Shown here: one piece after another, positions 51,115-61,139 of the stretch
How positions within the stretch are numbered: the first letter of the stretch is position 1
Layout: every line of letters starts with the position of its first letter
NCBI GenBank assembly: GCA_963691875.1
Contig: OY829846.1
Coordinates: forward strand, 32,001-96,000
Source: Aureliella sp.
Lineage (GTDB): Bacteria > Planctomycetota > Planctomycetia > Pirellulales > Pirellulaceae
Length of the DNA: 64,000 nucleotides
Direction of reading: 5' to 3'
Notes under the pieces: model-generated
The model's database searches: none
What the model was told of the DNA's origin: nothing
What the model saw: the letters and a program-made list of their open reading frames with translations, nothing else
Position numbers and translations under genes: made by a program

Positions 51115-53394
51115 GTGATCGCGTTTTCCTCGCAACGAATTCGAGTCTGGATTCCAATTCTCTTTGGAATGTTTGTTGTAGGCATCCCGCAGGAAAAAAT
51201 GGATGCGCAAGAAACAAAACCCAAGGAAAAAGTGGTCGTCCAATGGTCATCAAAGCCCATCGACGAGGAGGTTGAAGTCGCGGAAAAATCGATTGATAAG
51301 AAAGTGGTTTCACCGGTAGTCGTGCTGGAAGCACTTGAACCCATCCGACTTGAGGAAGTGGTGAAGATGCAGCCCGCTTTGCCGAGCAAGGTTTGGCCAG
51401 CTACGCAAGGTAACGAAGTTCCTACGCCGCAAACGATCCTCGTTCAGCGACCTCAAGTGAAGGTTGGCGGCAATATTGTATTGGGTGATCCCGAGCCAGT
51501 TCTGCTCGCGGCGGCACAGCGTGGCCGAGGCGGAAGAGTTCAACAGCCAGCCAAGGAAGCTCCCAAAGCAGAAGCTCCTAAAGCGCGTCAGCCTCAAGAT
51601 CAAGATCTTCGTCAAATGCGTCGCACGGAGAGCAGTGGTGGCGCTGGTGGGCGAGGACCTGCGCCTCGAGGACCAGTTTACGATGGTTTGCCACGCGGAG
51701 AAGTGAAAGGACCTGAACGACTAGAAAGAGCTCGGCCAGACCAAAAGAAAATGCAGCAAGAATCGGATGACGAGCACGCAGCAAGACGAGCGGCATTTTT
51801 CGAGCAATTGAGATCTCGGGGCGGCTTCGGCGGTGCGCGCGGAGGCGGGGCACGAGGTCCGCAGACGGATCGACCACCTCAGCGAGATCGCGATATAGCT
51901 CGCTCTGAGGGCTTTGGTCGGTGGGAGTCTCGCGATCACGAAGGCGAAGGCTCGAGATTCCGCTGGTACGAGTTCCGCTCGGAAGGTGATGGAGAAAACG
52001 GTCCAAAAGAACGCCGCATGCGAATTCGAGTACTCGGTGATGAACGTCATGGCGAGCACGATCATGAGCATGGACCTCGTGAGCACGGGCACGAACTACA
52101 CGACCACGATCATGAAATGCACGAGCATGATCATCCTCACGAAATGGAGTTTGATATCGAAGTGCACGGCGAGCATGAGATGCACCACGATCGCGATATG
52201 CACCACGAGGACGAAGAAGAGTTCGCGCATGGCTTCGATTTGGACGAAATCCTCGAATCCAAGGGCATTCAGAAGATCCTCAGCTTGATGCAAGAGAACT
52301 TCAAGATGCACGCAAAGCTCGAGTTGCTTGAGGCCAAGAGTGATTTGCGCGTCGAAGCGGTCGAGAAGGAATTTGGTTTCAAAGCGGAGCTCATGGAACG
52401 ACAAATCCATGAACTCGAAGAAGCACTTTCTGAAACTACCGAGGCTTTAGAAGATTCAGATGAGGACAAAGGCCGAGCTCATGACCTTGAGGCAATGGTG
52501 GATGAATTGGCCCATCAAAATGAAGCACTTCACAAAGAGCTGGATCACCTCCGCCGTCGCGCTGAAGAGAGTCGTGACCACGCGGATAGAAGTAACGCTG
52601 AATTGATGGAGCTTCGTTCGCGACTTCGCCAGATGGAAGAGGAAACGAATCAGCTGAAAGAGCGCCTTCGTGACACGGCACGGGAGCTGGAGGAAGCCCA
52701 AGATGGCTCTGCCGAGCTAAGTAATGAGAAGCAGAGGTTGGCCCGCGCTAACGAAGAAATCGAAGAGATGATGGAGAAAATGGAGAAAGAGAAACTCCAG
52801 CTTCACAACGAGCGATCGATGTTGAAGGAAAAGGCGATGAAGTTCATTAAGGAAGACACGCGTGAGCTCAATGAGGACAAGTTGAGAGCCATGCAGACGG
52901 TGGTCGAGAAACTGACCAATGAGAGAGACCAAGCCATCAAGGATGTGAAACTGATGTCTCAAGCGGCCAGCAAGTCTTCTAGCGAAATTCACGATAAACT
53001 TGCCGCGGAAAATGCTTCGCTTCGAAAGTCGCTGCAAGTAATGGAATTAGAACTGCACCAGAAGAGTTCTACGCCAAGCCCGTCTGAAATACAGAAGCTA
53101 GAGCTTGAGCTTGGTCGCTCCCGGCGAACCGCATCGGATTTGGAAAGCAGGGTCAAGGAAATATTGCAGCAACGGGCGAAGCAAGAGCTTGAGGTCAAGG
53201 ATCTTCGCGCTGCCTACGATCGAACGAAGACTCAGTCCGTCAAACAACTGCAAGCAGCTGAAGCAATGATTCGTGACTTGCAAAAGAAGCTTGCTGTCTC
53301 AGAACAAAAGATGGAAGTGGAAAAGCGGAAGCAGCAAAGTGAGAAGAAGTCTGAGGCTCGCAAAAAAAAGAGTCCGAAGAAGCCAAATGAATAA
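51115..53394 (+). CDS. Hypothetical protein: N-terminal TM/signal, RGG-rich disordered region, His-rich tract, long coiled coil
   Basis: 759-aa ORF with AGAAGGA upstream; composition read directly from the translation. Confidence 0.8.
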   Translation: MIAFSSQRIRVWIPILFGMFVVGIPQEKMDAQETKPKEKVVVQWSSKPIDEEVEVAEKSIDKKVVSPVVVLEALEPIRLEEVVKMQPALPSKVWPATQGNEVPTPQTILVQRPQVKVGGNIVLGDPEPVLLAAAQRGRGGRVQQPAKEAPKAEAPKARQPQDQDLRQMRRTESSGGAGGRGPAPRGPVYDGLPRGEVKGPERLERARPDQKKMQQESDDEHAARRAAFFEQLRSRGGFGGARGGGARGPQTDRPPQRDRDIARSEGFGRWESRDHEGEGSRFRWYEFRSEGDGENGPKERRMRIRVLGDERHGEHDHEHGPREHGHELHDHDHEMHEHDHPHEMEFDIEVHGEHEMHHDRDMHHEDEEEFAHGFDLDEILESKGIQKILSLMQENFKMHAKLELLEAKSDLRVEAVEKEFGFKAELMERQIHELEEALSETTEALEDSDEDKGRAHDLEAMVDELAHQNEALHKELDHLRRRAEESRDHADRSNAELMELRSRLRQMEEETNQLKERLRDTARELEEAQDGSAELSNEKQRLARANEEIEEMMEKMEKEKLQLHNERSMLKEKAMKFIKEDTRELNEDKLRAMQTVVEKLTNERDQAIKDVKLMSQAASKSSSEIHDKLAAENASLRKSLQVMELELHQKSSTPSPSEIQKLELELGRSRRTASDLESRVKEILQQRAKQELEVKDLRAAYDRTKTQSVKQLQAAEAMIRDLQKKLAVSEQKMEVEKRKQQSEKKSEARKKKSPKKPNE

Positions 53395-53399
53395 GTACA

Positions 53400-53800
53400 T
53401 TGATTGGCACTGAGATCGATGCCGGAAATCGACTCAGTATTAACAGGGACGCACTCTGTTTTGACTTTGGAGTTTCGGAATATGAAGGTCGCTGTCTCGT
53501 TTCCAGTTTTCACTGCCTAGATGCCGGCCTAAATTTCTCATTTATCCCTCAGCGTGGTGGTTCCTATTTCATGCCACGGTTGATCCTTGAGGCGAACCAC
53601 GCGGCAAATTTCGACGTCCAAGAGCTCGGATTCAAGATTGACAGATGCAGCTGCTTGGAAAGAAAAGTCGCTTGCCTTGCCACCTCTCAAACGTTTGTCA
53701 TCTGCACGCTGCTCGAAGTTGACATATTACCTCGGATTTTCACGTCGGGAGAATGTTGCTCGTTCTAGGCGAATGTAGTTCTGCTTGTCTTGCTGTGACG
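53400..53800 (-). pseudogene. Decayed DUF1349/ConA-like domain gene
   Basis: One frame: QQDKQNYIRLERA..R*YVNFEQRADD...PWHEIG...DK*EI*AGI*AVKTGNETATFIFRN with four stops. Confidence 0.5.
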
Positions 53801-54074
53801 CTCGGGATCATTAATTTCCGCCCAAGCGCTCAGGTCCGACTCTTTTGTAGCGATAGGATCAGGCTCGACTCCCATTTCTTCTTAGTGCAGCGATAAAAAT
53901 GTGGAAGCACAATGTACAGATTCAGTATCGCGGTATATTTATCCACTGATTACCCCGGGGCGTTTTCTTCGATTCGACCTCATGATTGTTCCGGACGTTG
54001 GAGTTGAGTGCAATCGTTTCAGGACAGAATGTCTCCAAGATGTCATACGGGGCAAGATGCCGAAGAAACAGGCG

Positions 54075-54156
54075 CAGTGGCAGGATGCCCCGACACGTTG
54101 GTAAGTACAAGAAATCTCCGCTACAGTCTTATGGTTTCGGTGGCATCCTGCCGCCG
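54075..54156. repeat. GGCAGGATGCC palindromic repeat pair
   Basis: GTGGCAGGATGCCCCGA pairs with TCGGTGGCATCCTGCCGC; further copies at 39648-39670 and about 39684. Confidence 0.65.
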
Positions 54157-54353
54157 CTGCTGAGCATTCAGGTTCATCGCTACCTAGGTTAGTTAATGAT
54201 CTCAGAGTAGAGAAATCGGATCGTCTAATCTTAAGCGTTGCCGCTACGGACTGCGTTTCTCAGTCGTCGTTTGCGAATGCAGATAATGCTCTCGAAAGCT
54301 GCTAGACTCTACATTCTCGTCCAGTTCTCAACCACAACCACCACATTCTCTCC

Positions 54354-57254
54354 ATGCCGATAATCGATTTGTCCTTCTCAAGGCGGTTTGCTCGTTCGTT
54401 CTCGTTCGGCCTCATTTTGATTCTGCTTCCCATATCTGCGTCGGGACAGCAGTTGGAGTTGGCAACACCGTTTACGGATAACTTGATTCTGCAGCGTGAG
54501 AAGTCTGTCCCAGTTTGGGGCTTTGATGCTTCGGGCTCAAAAGTCACTGTCGAGTTTGCTGAGCAGTCGAAGCAAGCCGTCGCCAGCGATTCAGGTGAGT
54601 GGATGATCAAGCTTGATCCGCTAGGGGCATCTCGGACAGGACGTACTTTGGTGGTTCGGAATGACCGGGGAGAAACAAGCCAGGTCGAAAACGTCTTAGT
54701 TGGCGAAGTCTGGTTCTCCTCCGGCCAGTCAAACATGGTTTGGACAGCCGGTAAGAGCATGTGCCGTGATCTGGCCAGCGAAATAGCACGATCGCTAGAT
54801 GATATTCCGATCCGAGAGATCAATATCAACACCGTTTCGGCGTTGTATCCTCAAAAAAGAGCCGCTTCAGACGAGGGATGGAAGACACATAAAAGTGCCG
54901 GAAACTTTTCCGCTCTTTCGCTTTCTTTTGCCTACGAACTCTACAAAGAACTCGACGTGCCGATAGGCATCTTGCTGAGCGCTCATAGCAATACTCGCAT
55001 CGAAGCATTCACCCAGCGCGATGCGATCGAGCAGCACGCGAAGCTGAGCAAGGATCTTGATCTGATCTTGGACGCCGACCCAAGTGTCGAACAAGGCCGC
55101 AATGCATTCAAGCAGTACTATTCAGATCTAAAAGAATGGGAGCGAGTTGCCGGTGAAGCCGCTGATGCACTTGGACGCGTACCCTCACGCCCAAGTCTTC
55201 CAGGCATAGCAGGGATGTGGCGTGGTCCGTCACAGTTCTTCAATGGAAAGATTAATCCAGTCATCCCCTACGGAATTCGTGGTGCGATCTGGTGTCAGGG
55301 GACTAGCAACTCGGGTGATGGTCGAATTTACGCGGCGCGAATGGAAGCACTTGTGCGCGGCTGGCGTGATGCTTGGGCTATGCCTGACATGCCTTTCTAC
55401 TTCACGCAAATGCAATGCTACGGTTCCCCCGATCCGAACAACGTAGGTTTTGCGGATATCCGACAAGTACAACACCTATTCTTTGTGAACAATCGCGAGA
55501 ACGTCGGTATGGTCGTTCAGTCGGACCTCAACTCGGCACGACCACAAGGTATTCACTATTACAACAAGCTTCATCCAGGCATGCGGATGGCTCGCTGGGC
55601 TCTGGCGAAGCAATATGGGAAGGACATTGCCTACACTGGTCCGATTTACTCGGGCTATAAGGTCAAAGACAACAAAGTCATCGTGTCTTTCGAATCAGAC
55701 AGCCTGTTTGGTGGTTTGATGGTTGGCAGCAAGGGAATGGCCAAGGACGTGAATGAGCATGGGAAGTACGTCGAGCCAGCTCGATCGACTCCTGAGGAGA
55801 AGTTGAATCACTTTCGGGTATGCGGGGAGGACAAGGTTTGGCATGCCGCTGAAGCTGAGATTCAGGGTGAAACTGTCGTCGTTCATTCTTCAAACGTCGA
55901 TTCGCCCGTCGGCGTTCAGTACGCGTACAGCGCTGTGCCAGAAATGTCGAATCTTTACAATAAGGCTGGTTTGCCTGCGACGCCTTTTGCGATGATCGAT
56001 GGTGAATTCATCTTTGAAGAAGACGATCGTGAAAAGGCAGCGGCGCTCAAGGCGAAGTACGCCGAATACACGGATCCCAATTTTCCCATTATGCAAGTCG
56101 TCGAGTATTTCCGTGATGGCGCGATCATTCAACGCGATCAGCGCATTCCAGTTTGGGGGCACGCAAACGAAGGCGTCACGGTGACGGTTAAGCTCGGCGA
56201 AGATACCCAAACGGCGGTCGCTAACCAGCATCAGCAGTGGTCGGTCGAGTTCTCCCCGATGAAGGCGTCGACAAAGCCGATCACTCTTTCGGTCACTTCT
56301 AGCCACGGGCACCAGCGTGAGGTGAAAGATATTTTGGTCGGTGATGTCTGGTATCTCATGGGATCAACCCGACTCAATGGCGAGATGGCTTACAACCAAC
56401 GTGACAAGGACGCTAAAAAACCTGAGCATCTTCCGTTTGTTCGTGAGTTCCGTCGCAAGACCTCGGCGGACCGATTTACGACCCCGCGAAAACGTAAATT
56501 TGAAACCGGCGGTGGTAAGTATCGGTCCTCATGGATGTCCACGGACGACTGGGAAGGCGACCGTGGTGTTACGGTGTTTGCTTATCAGTTTGCAAAGGCA
56601 GTGAATCGTCCAGGGATACCGCAGGGATTCATCACGATGTCTTCGGGGCGTGGTGGTCGCTCAGCACAAATGGCTTCGCCACTATCCTGGACGTCTTTCG
56701 AAGGTGTCAAGGATGTTAACAGTCCAGTCTTTCAAGCTCGACTAAAGGAGCTGCAGATGCAGTATCCAAATTCTGCGGTCGCGCGAGCTGCGCTTGACGA
56801 GCATATTCGTGAAGTAAGGGAATTTGTGCGTGAGATCAAGATTGATGCCGAAAATGGTGAAGACCTCTCGATGACTGCTCCGCTCGCCGCCCCGCCATTC
56901 CCTGAGCCTGGCAAGACGGGCGAAGTTGCTGCGGACACCATCCCGACTCATGCCTACAATTGGTGCGTCAGTCCGATGACTCCAATGGCTGTCTCTGGTG
57001 TTATCTGGGTTCCAGCGGAAGCGAATATCGGATACGAGCCCGAAAACTACGCAGCCGAGTTGGAGATTTTCGCGCGTAGCCTGCCCGATACGTTCGGCCA
57101 GGATCATATCCAATTCCTTTACGCTCAACCAACTTCAGTGTTGGTAAAGGGAATCAGTGTGCCGGGTGCGCCCAAATCGAAGTCAGTAACTTTTAACAGC
57201 TGGGCCAAGAGCTTGAAGGAGCTCGCGGTCGAGCTTGGTCAACTCGCCAAATGA
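54354..57254 (+). CDS. Tandem-duplicated sialate O-acetylesterase family protein
   Basis: Two units (ILQR..VPVWG / IIQR..IPVWG); the first has GQSNM and GIHY, the second has GSTRL in place of GQSNM. Confidence 0.85.
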   Translation: MPIIDLSFSRRFARSFSFGLILILLPISASGQQLELATPFTDNLILQREKSVPVWGFDASGSKVTVEFAEQSKQAVASDSGEWMIKLDPLGASRTGRTLVVRNDRGETSQVENVLVGEVWFSSGQSNMVWTAGKSMCRDLASEIARSLDDIPIREININTVSALYPQKRAASDEGWKTHKSAGNFSALSLSFAYELYKELDVPIGILLSAHSNTRIEAFTQRDAIEQHAKLSKDLDLILDADPSVEQGRNAFKQYYSDLKEWERVAGEAADALGRVPSRPSLPGIAGMWRGPSQFFNGKINPVIPYGIRGAIWCQGTSNSGDGRIYAARMEALVRGWRDAWAMPDMPFYFTQMQCYGSPDPNNVGFADIRQVQHLFFVNNRENVGMVVQSDLNSARPQGIHYYNKLHPGMRMARWALAKQYGKDIAYTGPIYSGYKVKDNKVIVSFESDSLFGGLMVGSKGMAKDVNEHGKYVEPARSTPEEKLNHFRVCGEDKVWHAAEAEIQGETVVVHSSNVDSPVGVQYAYSAVPEMSNLYNKAGLPATPFAMIDGEFIFEEDDREKAAALKAKYAEYTDPNFPIMQVVEYFRDGAIIQRDQRIPVWGHANEGVTVTVKLGEDTQTAVANQHQQWSVEFSPMKASTKPITLSVTSSHGHQREVKDILVGDVWYLMGSTRLNGEMAYNQRDKDAKKPEHLPFVREFRRKTSADRFTTPRKRKFETGGGKYRSSWMSTDDWEGDRGVTVFAYQFAKAVNRPGIPQGFITMSSGRGGRSAQMASPLSWTSFEGVKDVNSPVFQARLKELQMQYPNSAVARAALDEHIREVREFVREIKIDAENGEDLSMTAPLAAPPFPEPGKTGEVAADTIPTHAYNWCVSPMTPMAVSGVIWVPAEANIGYEPENYAAELEIFARSLPDTFGQDHIQFLYAQPTSVLVKGISVPGAPKSKSVTFNSWAKSLKELAVELGQLAK

Positions 57255-57291
57255 CTTTGCGACGTGATAAGTCGCGGCTGGAAAGCTGTGC

Positions 57292-58116
57292 TTGAGTCCC
57301 CGACGAGCTCGTGGAAATGTGAGGAGAAGCCCATTGGCATTCCAATTTGCGAGTCAGATGATTGGTTTGGCTATTTACAGCGTGAGTCCTTCGTTGGGAT
57401 TTGCGCAAGATCTAACCGCCGGCACGGTGCAAGACCGCTGGAGGCTCGCGTTTGCTGACACATGCGAACAGGACTGGCGCAAGAATTGGTTCTTGGATGG
57501 TGAAAAAGCTAAGGTTATCAATGAGAACGGCGTAATGAAGCTCGATACCTCGGATGGCTACGCTGTGTTATGGACAAGGGAAGAGTTTTCTGGTGATTTG
57601 CGTATCGAGTATGAATTTCGGCGCGTTGACGAGAATAATCGCGGCGTGAACATCATCTACATTCAGGCGACAGGCGATAGGCAGGCCGGCCACACACGTG
57701 ATATCAGGCAATGGTCGGACCGCCGTAGCTCTGCTGCGATGCGTGACTATTTCCTCAATATGCATACCTACCACGTAAGCTACGCCGCTTACAGCAACAG
57801 AGCAGGCAACAAAGATCCCGATTACATACGCGCGCGTCGTTACTTACCCCTTGAAGACAAGGGGCTCAAAGGCACGGAGCTAGACAATGAGTACCTAAAG
57901 ACAGAGCTGTTTGAGGACAAGCAGTGGATTCAGATCACTCTGATTAAGCGTGCCAAAAACCTGAGGATGGAATTTAAGCATCCCAACAAGAGTCTTGAAT
58001 GTCATTTTGTTAACAAGGACAAACCAGCCATCTTCGAGGGACGTATCGGACTACGCCCGATGCCAGGTCGTTTATCGGAATTTCGAAACGTTAAGGTCTA
58101 TACCTTGAAGCTATAG
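57292..58116 (+). CDS. DUF1961 (YesU-like) ConA-fold protein
   Basis: WFLDG, VLWT..F.GD.RIEYEF, YHVSYAA, GRIGLR.M; the start may be ATG 57358. Confidence 0.75.
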   Translation: MSPRRARGNVRRSPLAFQFASQMIGLAIYSVSPSLGFAQDLTAGTVQDRWRLAFADTCEQDWRKNWFLDGEKAKVINENGVMKLDTSDGYAVLWTREEFSGDLRIEYEFRRVDENNRGVNIIYIQATGDRQAGHTRDIRQWSDRRSSAAMRDYFLNMHTYHVSYAAYSNRAGNKDPDYIRARRYLPLEDKGLKGTELDNEYLKTELFEDKQWIQITLIKRAKNLRMEFKHPNKSLECHFVNKDKPAIFEGRIGLRPMPGRLSEFRNVKVYTLKL

Positions 58117-58391
58117 TTCCAGCCCCGGTACTTAAGGTTGTACTCTCTTTCGCCGGATTAGGGCGATCAATTCGTGCTGTTAACACTATTTTGAGACGGT
58201 TTAGCTGTAGCCGTGCACGGCATTCGTTTCGTGATAATTGCACTCTGAATATGTCTAGCGCATTGTCTGCCAAATCACACAGGCAGTCGTGCTCACTGCG
58301 TGGTCCACCGGTCCAAGTCTATAGTCGGTGGCGATTAGGGCAGGTACATGCCTCGAGTCATGCACGGTAGTGCGAGTGCAAGAGGATCCTG

Positions 58392-59026
58392 ATGTCGGAA
58401 TTACTATGTATCGAGGCAGTAGGTGGGTTTTTCTTTTCTTTCGGATTTGCTGGGGCTCCTGGCACCGCGTTTGGGAGATCGAATACGGATGCCTCGAACA
58501 GAAAAACGGTGGATCCTGCAGTGTTTCTGGAGAAACCGACTGACATTCCGGAGCATTTGTGTGAGCTATTTGATCCAATGAAAACCTCCAACCGGCGGTC
58601 TCGAGATGTGTTTCGCAAGCTTTCCACGGCACAGATGAATTTTAAGTCATCCAAAGGCAGTCATACTCTGCGTTGGAATGCCGAGCACATGGCCGGCTAT
58701 CAGCTACTCTTTTTCTTGCAGATCTATCAAGAGACAGATCCTGAGATTCCGCTTGTCAACTAGAACCCAGGTCAGATGCCACCTAAGCACAACGCCAGGC
58801 ACCCGAAGTGGAGCGGCAAGGAAGAAGCACGGTTTGATTCGATGAGTTGACGATTTCTGCCGGCGTTACGCAAATCTACTCAAGGACAAAAAGTTTCGAC
58901 GTGAAACCGCCCGCCACGAATTGGCCGTCACTCAGAGCCCTACGATTACAGATGGAACGTCACTATGACGAGGACACTGTAAAAGTTGTGAAAATTTTTG
59001 ACTTGCTAGATTGGCCGAAGGAGTAA
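58392..59026 (+). pseudogene. Decayed DinB-like domain gene (planctomycete type)
   Basis: HTLRWNAEHMAG..LFF.QIY..DPEIP..*NP.QMP..HP.WSG.EEAR, then two frameshifts to QMERHY..K.FDL.DWPKE*. Confidence 0.7.
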
Positions 59027-59236
59027 ATCGTCGTTCAATACTGCGCGCCCGATTCGGCATCCCTTGCCCTATGATTTGACGTGAGCGGGTTGCACTTCTG
59101 CATTCTTGGCGGCGCGATACAATTGGCTCCCCTTGGTAAATGATCAGAAAGGTCTAGCTTGGGTTCCAATCCGGCTAGATCTGCGCAATGTGAAGATGCT
59201 CCTCTGTGATGGGTATTTGTGGAAAGAATCGCTTCA

Positions 59237-61024
59237 ATGGCTTTGGTAGTACAGAAGTTTGGCGGCACCAGTGTTGCCGACACAGAAAAAATTCAGGCAG
59301 CCGCACGGAAGGCAATTCGAGCTCAGCAGGACGGCAAACAGGTAGTTGTTGTGGTGAGTGCCATGGGCCACAACACGGACCATCTTGTGGATTTGGCCAG
59401 TCAATTGGCCGACGATCCACCAGCTCGAGAAATGGATATGCTGCTCTCGACTGGGGAGCAAGTGAGCGTGGCATTGATGGCCATGGCTGTGAACTCGCTT
59501 GGCTACAAAGCGGTCAGTCTCACCGGTGCACAGATGGGGATTCACACCGATAGCTCATTTACCAAAGCCCGTATTCGCTCGATCTCGGCTGATCGGATCA
59601 ATAAGCTTCTCGCCGACGGAAATATCGTCATCGCCGCAGGATTCCAAGGTATCGACGAGGATTTCAATATCACCACCCTTGGCCGCGGTGGAAGCGATAC
59701 GACAGCGGTAGCCTTGGCGGCGGTCTTGCACGCGGATGCGTGTGAGATTCATACCGATGTGGACGGAGTCTACACAACCGACCCACGACACTTACCCGAA
59801 GCACGGCAGGTGAGCCAAATCAGTTACGATGAGATGCTCGAGTTTGCGAGCCTTGGCGCGGGTGTGATGCACAACCGTTCCATCGAGTTTGCGAAGAAAT
59901 ACGATGTACCGATTCACGTTCGTTCTAGCTTCAGTGATACTAAAGGTACTTTGATTATCGACCGGAGCGAGTCGCCGACGACGGCGGTCTGTGGCGCGGC
60001 GATGACCAAGGATGAAGCGCGTATTACGATCCAGGGTGTTCCCGATAAACCTGGCACGAGCAGTCGTATCTTCAAGTTGATGGCGGATAACAAGATCACC
60101 GTCGACATGATCGTCCAGAATATCGGTCAAGAAGATCGAGCGGATATCTCTTTCACGGTCCCGTCGGAAGAGCTGAAGATAGCATCCAAGACGGTTGCAA
60201 AGGCCGTGCTGGAAGTCGGGGCGACTGGATTTACTCAGGACGATCAAGTTTCGAAAGTATCTGTTGTCGGACTTGGAATGGCGGAACAAACCGGCGTCGC
60301 GCAAGAGATGTTCCGAGCGCTCTCTGATGCGGAGATCAATATTCAAATGATCACGACGAGTGAGATTAAGATCTCCGTGTTGGTAGAACGTGCGCAAGCT
60401 CAAGCGGCACTGCGAGTGGTGCACCAGAAGTTTGGACTGCATCAGAAGCCCAAAGATGCGGTTGTTTGGGATAGCCTACCGGAGCGAAAATCCAGCCAAG
60501 CCGATATTGAGAAGCTCGTAGCGGACCTGAAGATCGCCGACATGGAGCAACTGAGCCTTAGTGATATTTCTCTAACCGATGATCAAGCTCGTGTTACGCT
60601 TCTCGGCGTGCCAGATACGCCCGGCGTCGCTTCTTCCATTTTTGAAGCGATCGCTGATGCGGGGATTTTCGTTGACATGATTGTTCAAAGCTGTGACGGG
60701 TATCAGAACAAGACAGCGATTAGCTTTACCATGCCGAGGGAACAGTTTGTCGCTGCGGAGGCAGTTGCAAAAGAGCTGCAAGAGAAATATTCGGTCGAGC
60801 GAATTCTGTGTAGCGCCGGCATCGCCAAGTTGTCGGTGCGAGGCATCGGCTTGAGAAGTCATACGTCGGTCGCGATTGGCATGTTTGACGTCTTGGCCAG
60901 TCAAGGCATTAACGTGGAGATGGTCAACACGAGTGAACTTAGCGTCAATGTCGTGGTGAAAACTGGCTCAGGTGAAGCGGCTCTCGAACATCTACGCAAG
61001 CGATTCGAAGAGAACCTGATCTAA
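59237..61024 (+). CDS. lysC: Aspartate kinase with four ACT domains
   Basis: VQKFGGTSV, VVVSAMG, TTLGRGGSDTTA, DVDGVYTTDP; duplicated ACT pairs. Confidence 0.95.
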   Translation: MALVVQKFGGTSVADTEKIQAAARKAIRAQQDGKQVVVVVSAMGHNTDHLVDLASQLADDPPAREMDMLLSTGEQVSVALMAMAVNSLGYKAVSLTGAQMGIHTDSSFTKARIRSISADRINKLLADGNIVIAAGFQGIDEDFNITTLGRGGSDTTAVALAAVLHADACEIHTDVDGVYTTDPRHLPEARQVSQISYDEMLEFASLGAGVMHNRSIEFAKKYDVPIHVRSSFSDTKGTLIIDRSESPTTAVCGAAMTKDEARITIQGVPDKPGTSSRIFKLMADNKITVDMIVQNIGQEDRADISFTVPSEELKIASKTVAKAVLEVGATGFTQDDQVSKVSVVGLGMAEQTGVAQEMFRALSDAEINIQMITTSEIKISVLVERAQAQAALRVVHQKFGLHQKPKDAVVWDSLPERKSSQADIEKLVADLKIADMEQLSLSDISLTDDQARVTLLGVPDTPGVASSIFEAIADAGIFVDMIVQSCDGYQNKTAISFTMPREQFVAAEAVAKELQEKYSVERILCSAGIAKLSVRGIGLRSHTSVAIGMFDVLASQGINVEMVNTSELSVNVVVKTGSGEAALEHLRKRFEENLI

Positions 61025-61046
61025 CCTCGTCTGCATTGGCTCTTTT

Positions 61047-61069
61047 GTATTGGGATTTGCCAAAATTCC
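61047..61069 (+). repeat. GTAG-type REP copy after lysC
   Basis: GTATTGGGATTTGCCAAAATTCC, 20/23 to consensus. Confidence 0.65.
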
Positions 61070-61139
61070 TTTTCCAGCTCGCTAACTCACGTCCGCTTGG
61101 TGCTTTCTCCAAACATGACGGCTGAGCCGATCAAGTGTG

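Noticed and set aside
59160..59175. GGTTCCAATCC resembling a tRNA T-loop
   Set aside because: No acceptor, D or anticodon arms can be formed.
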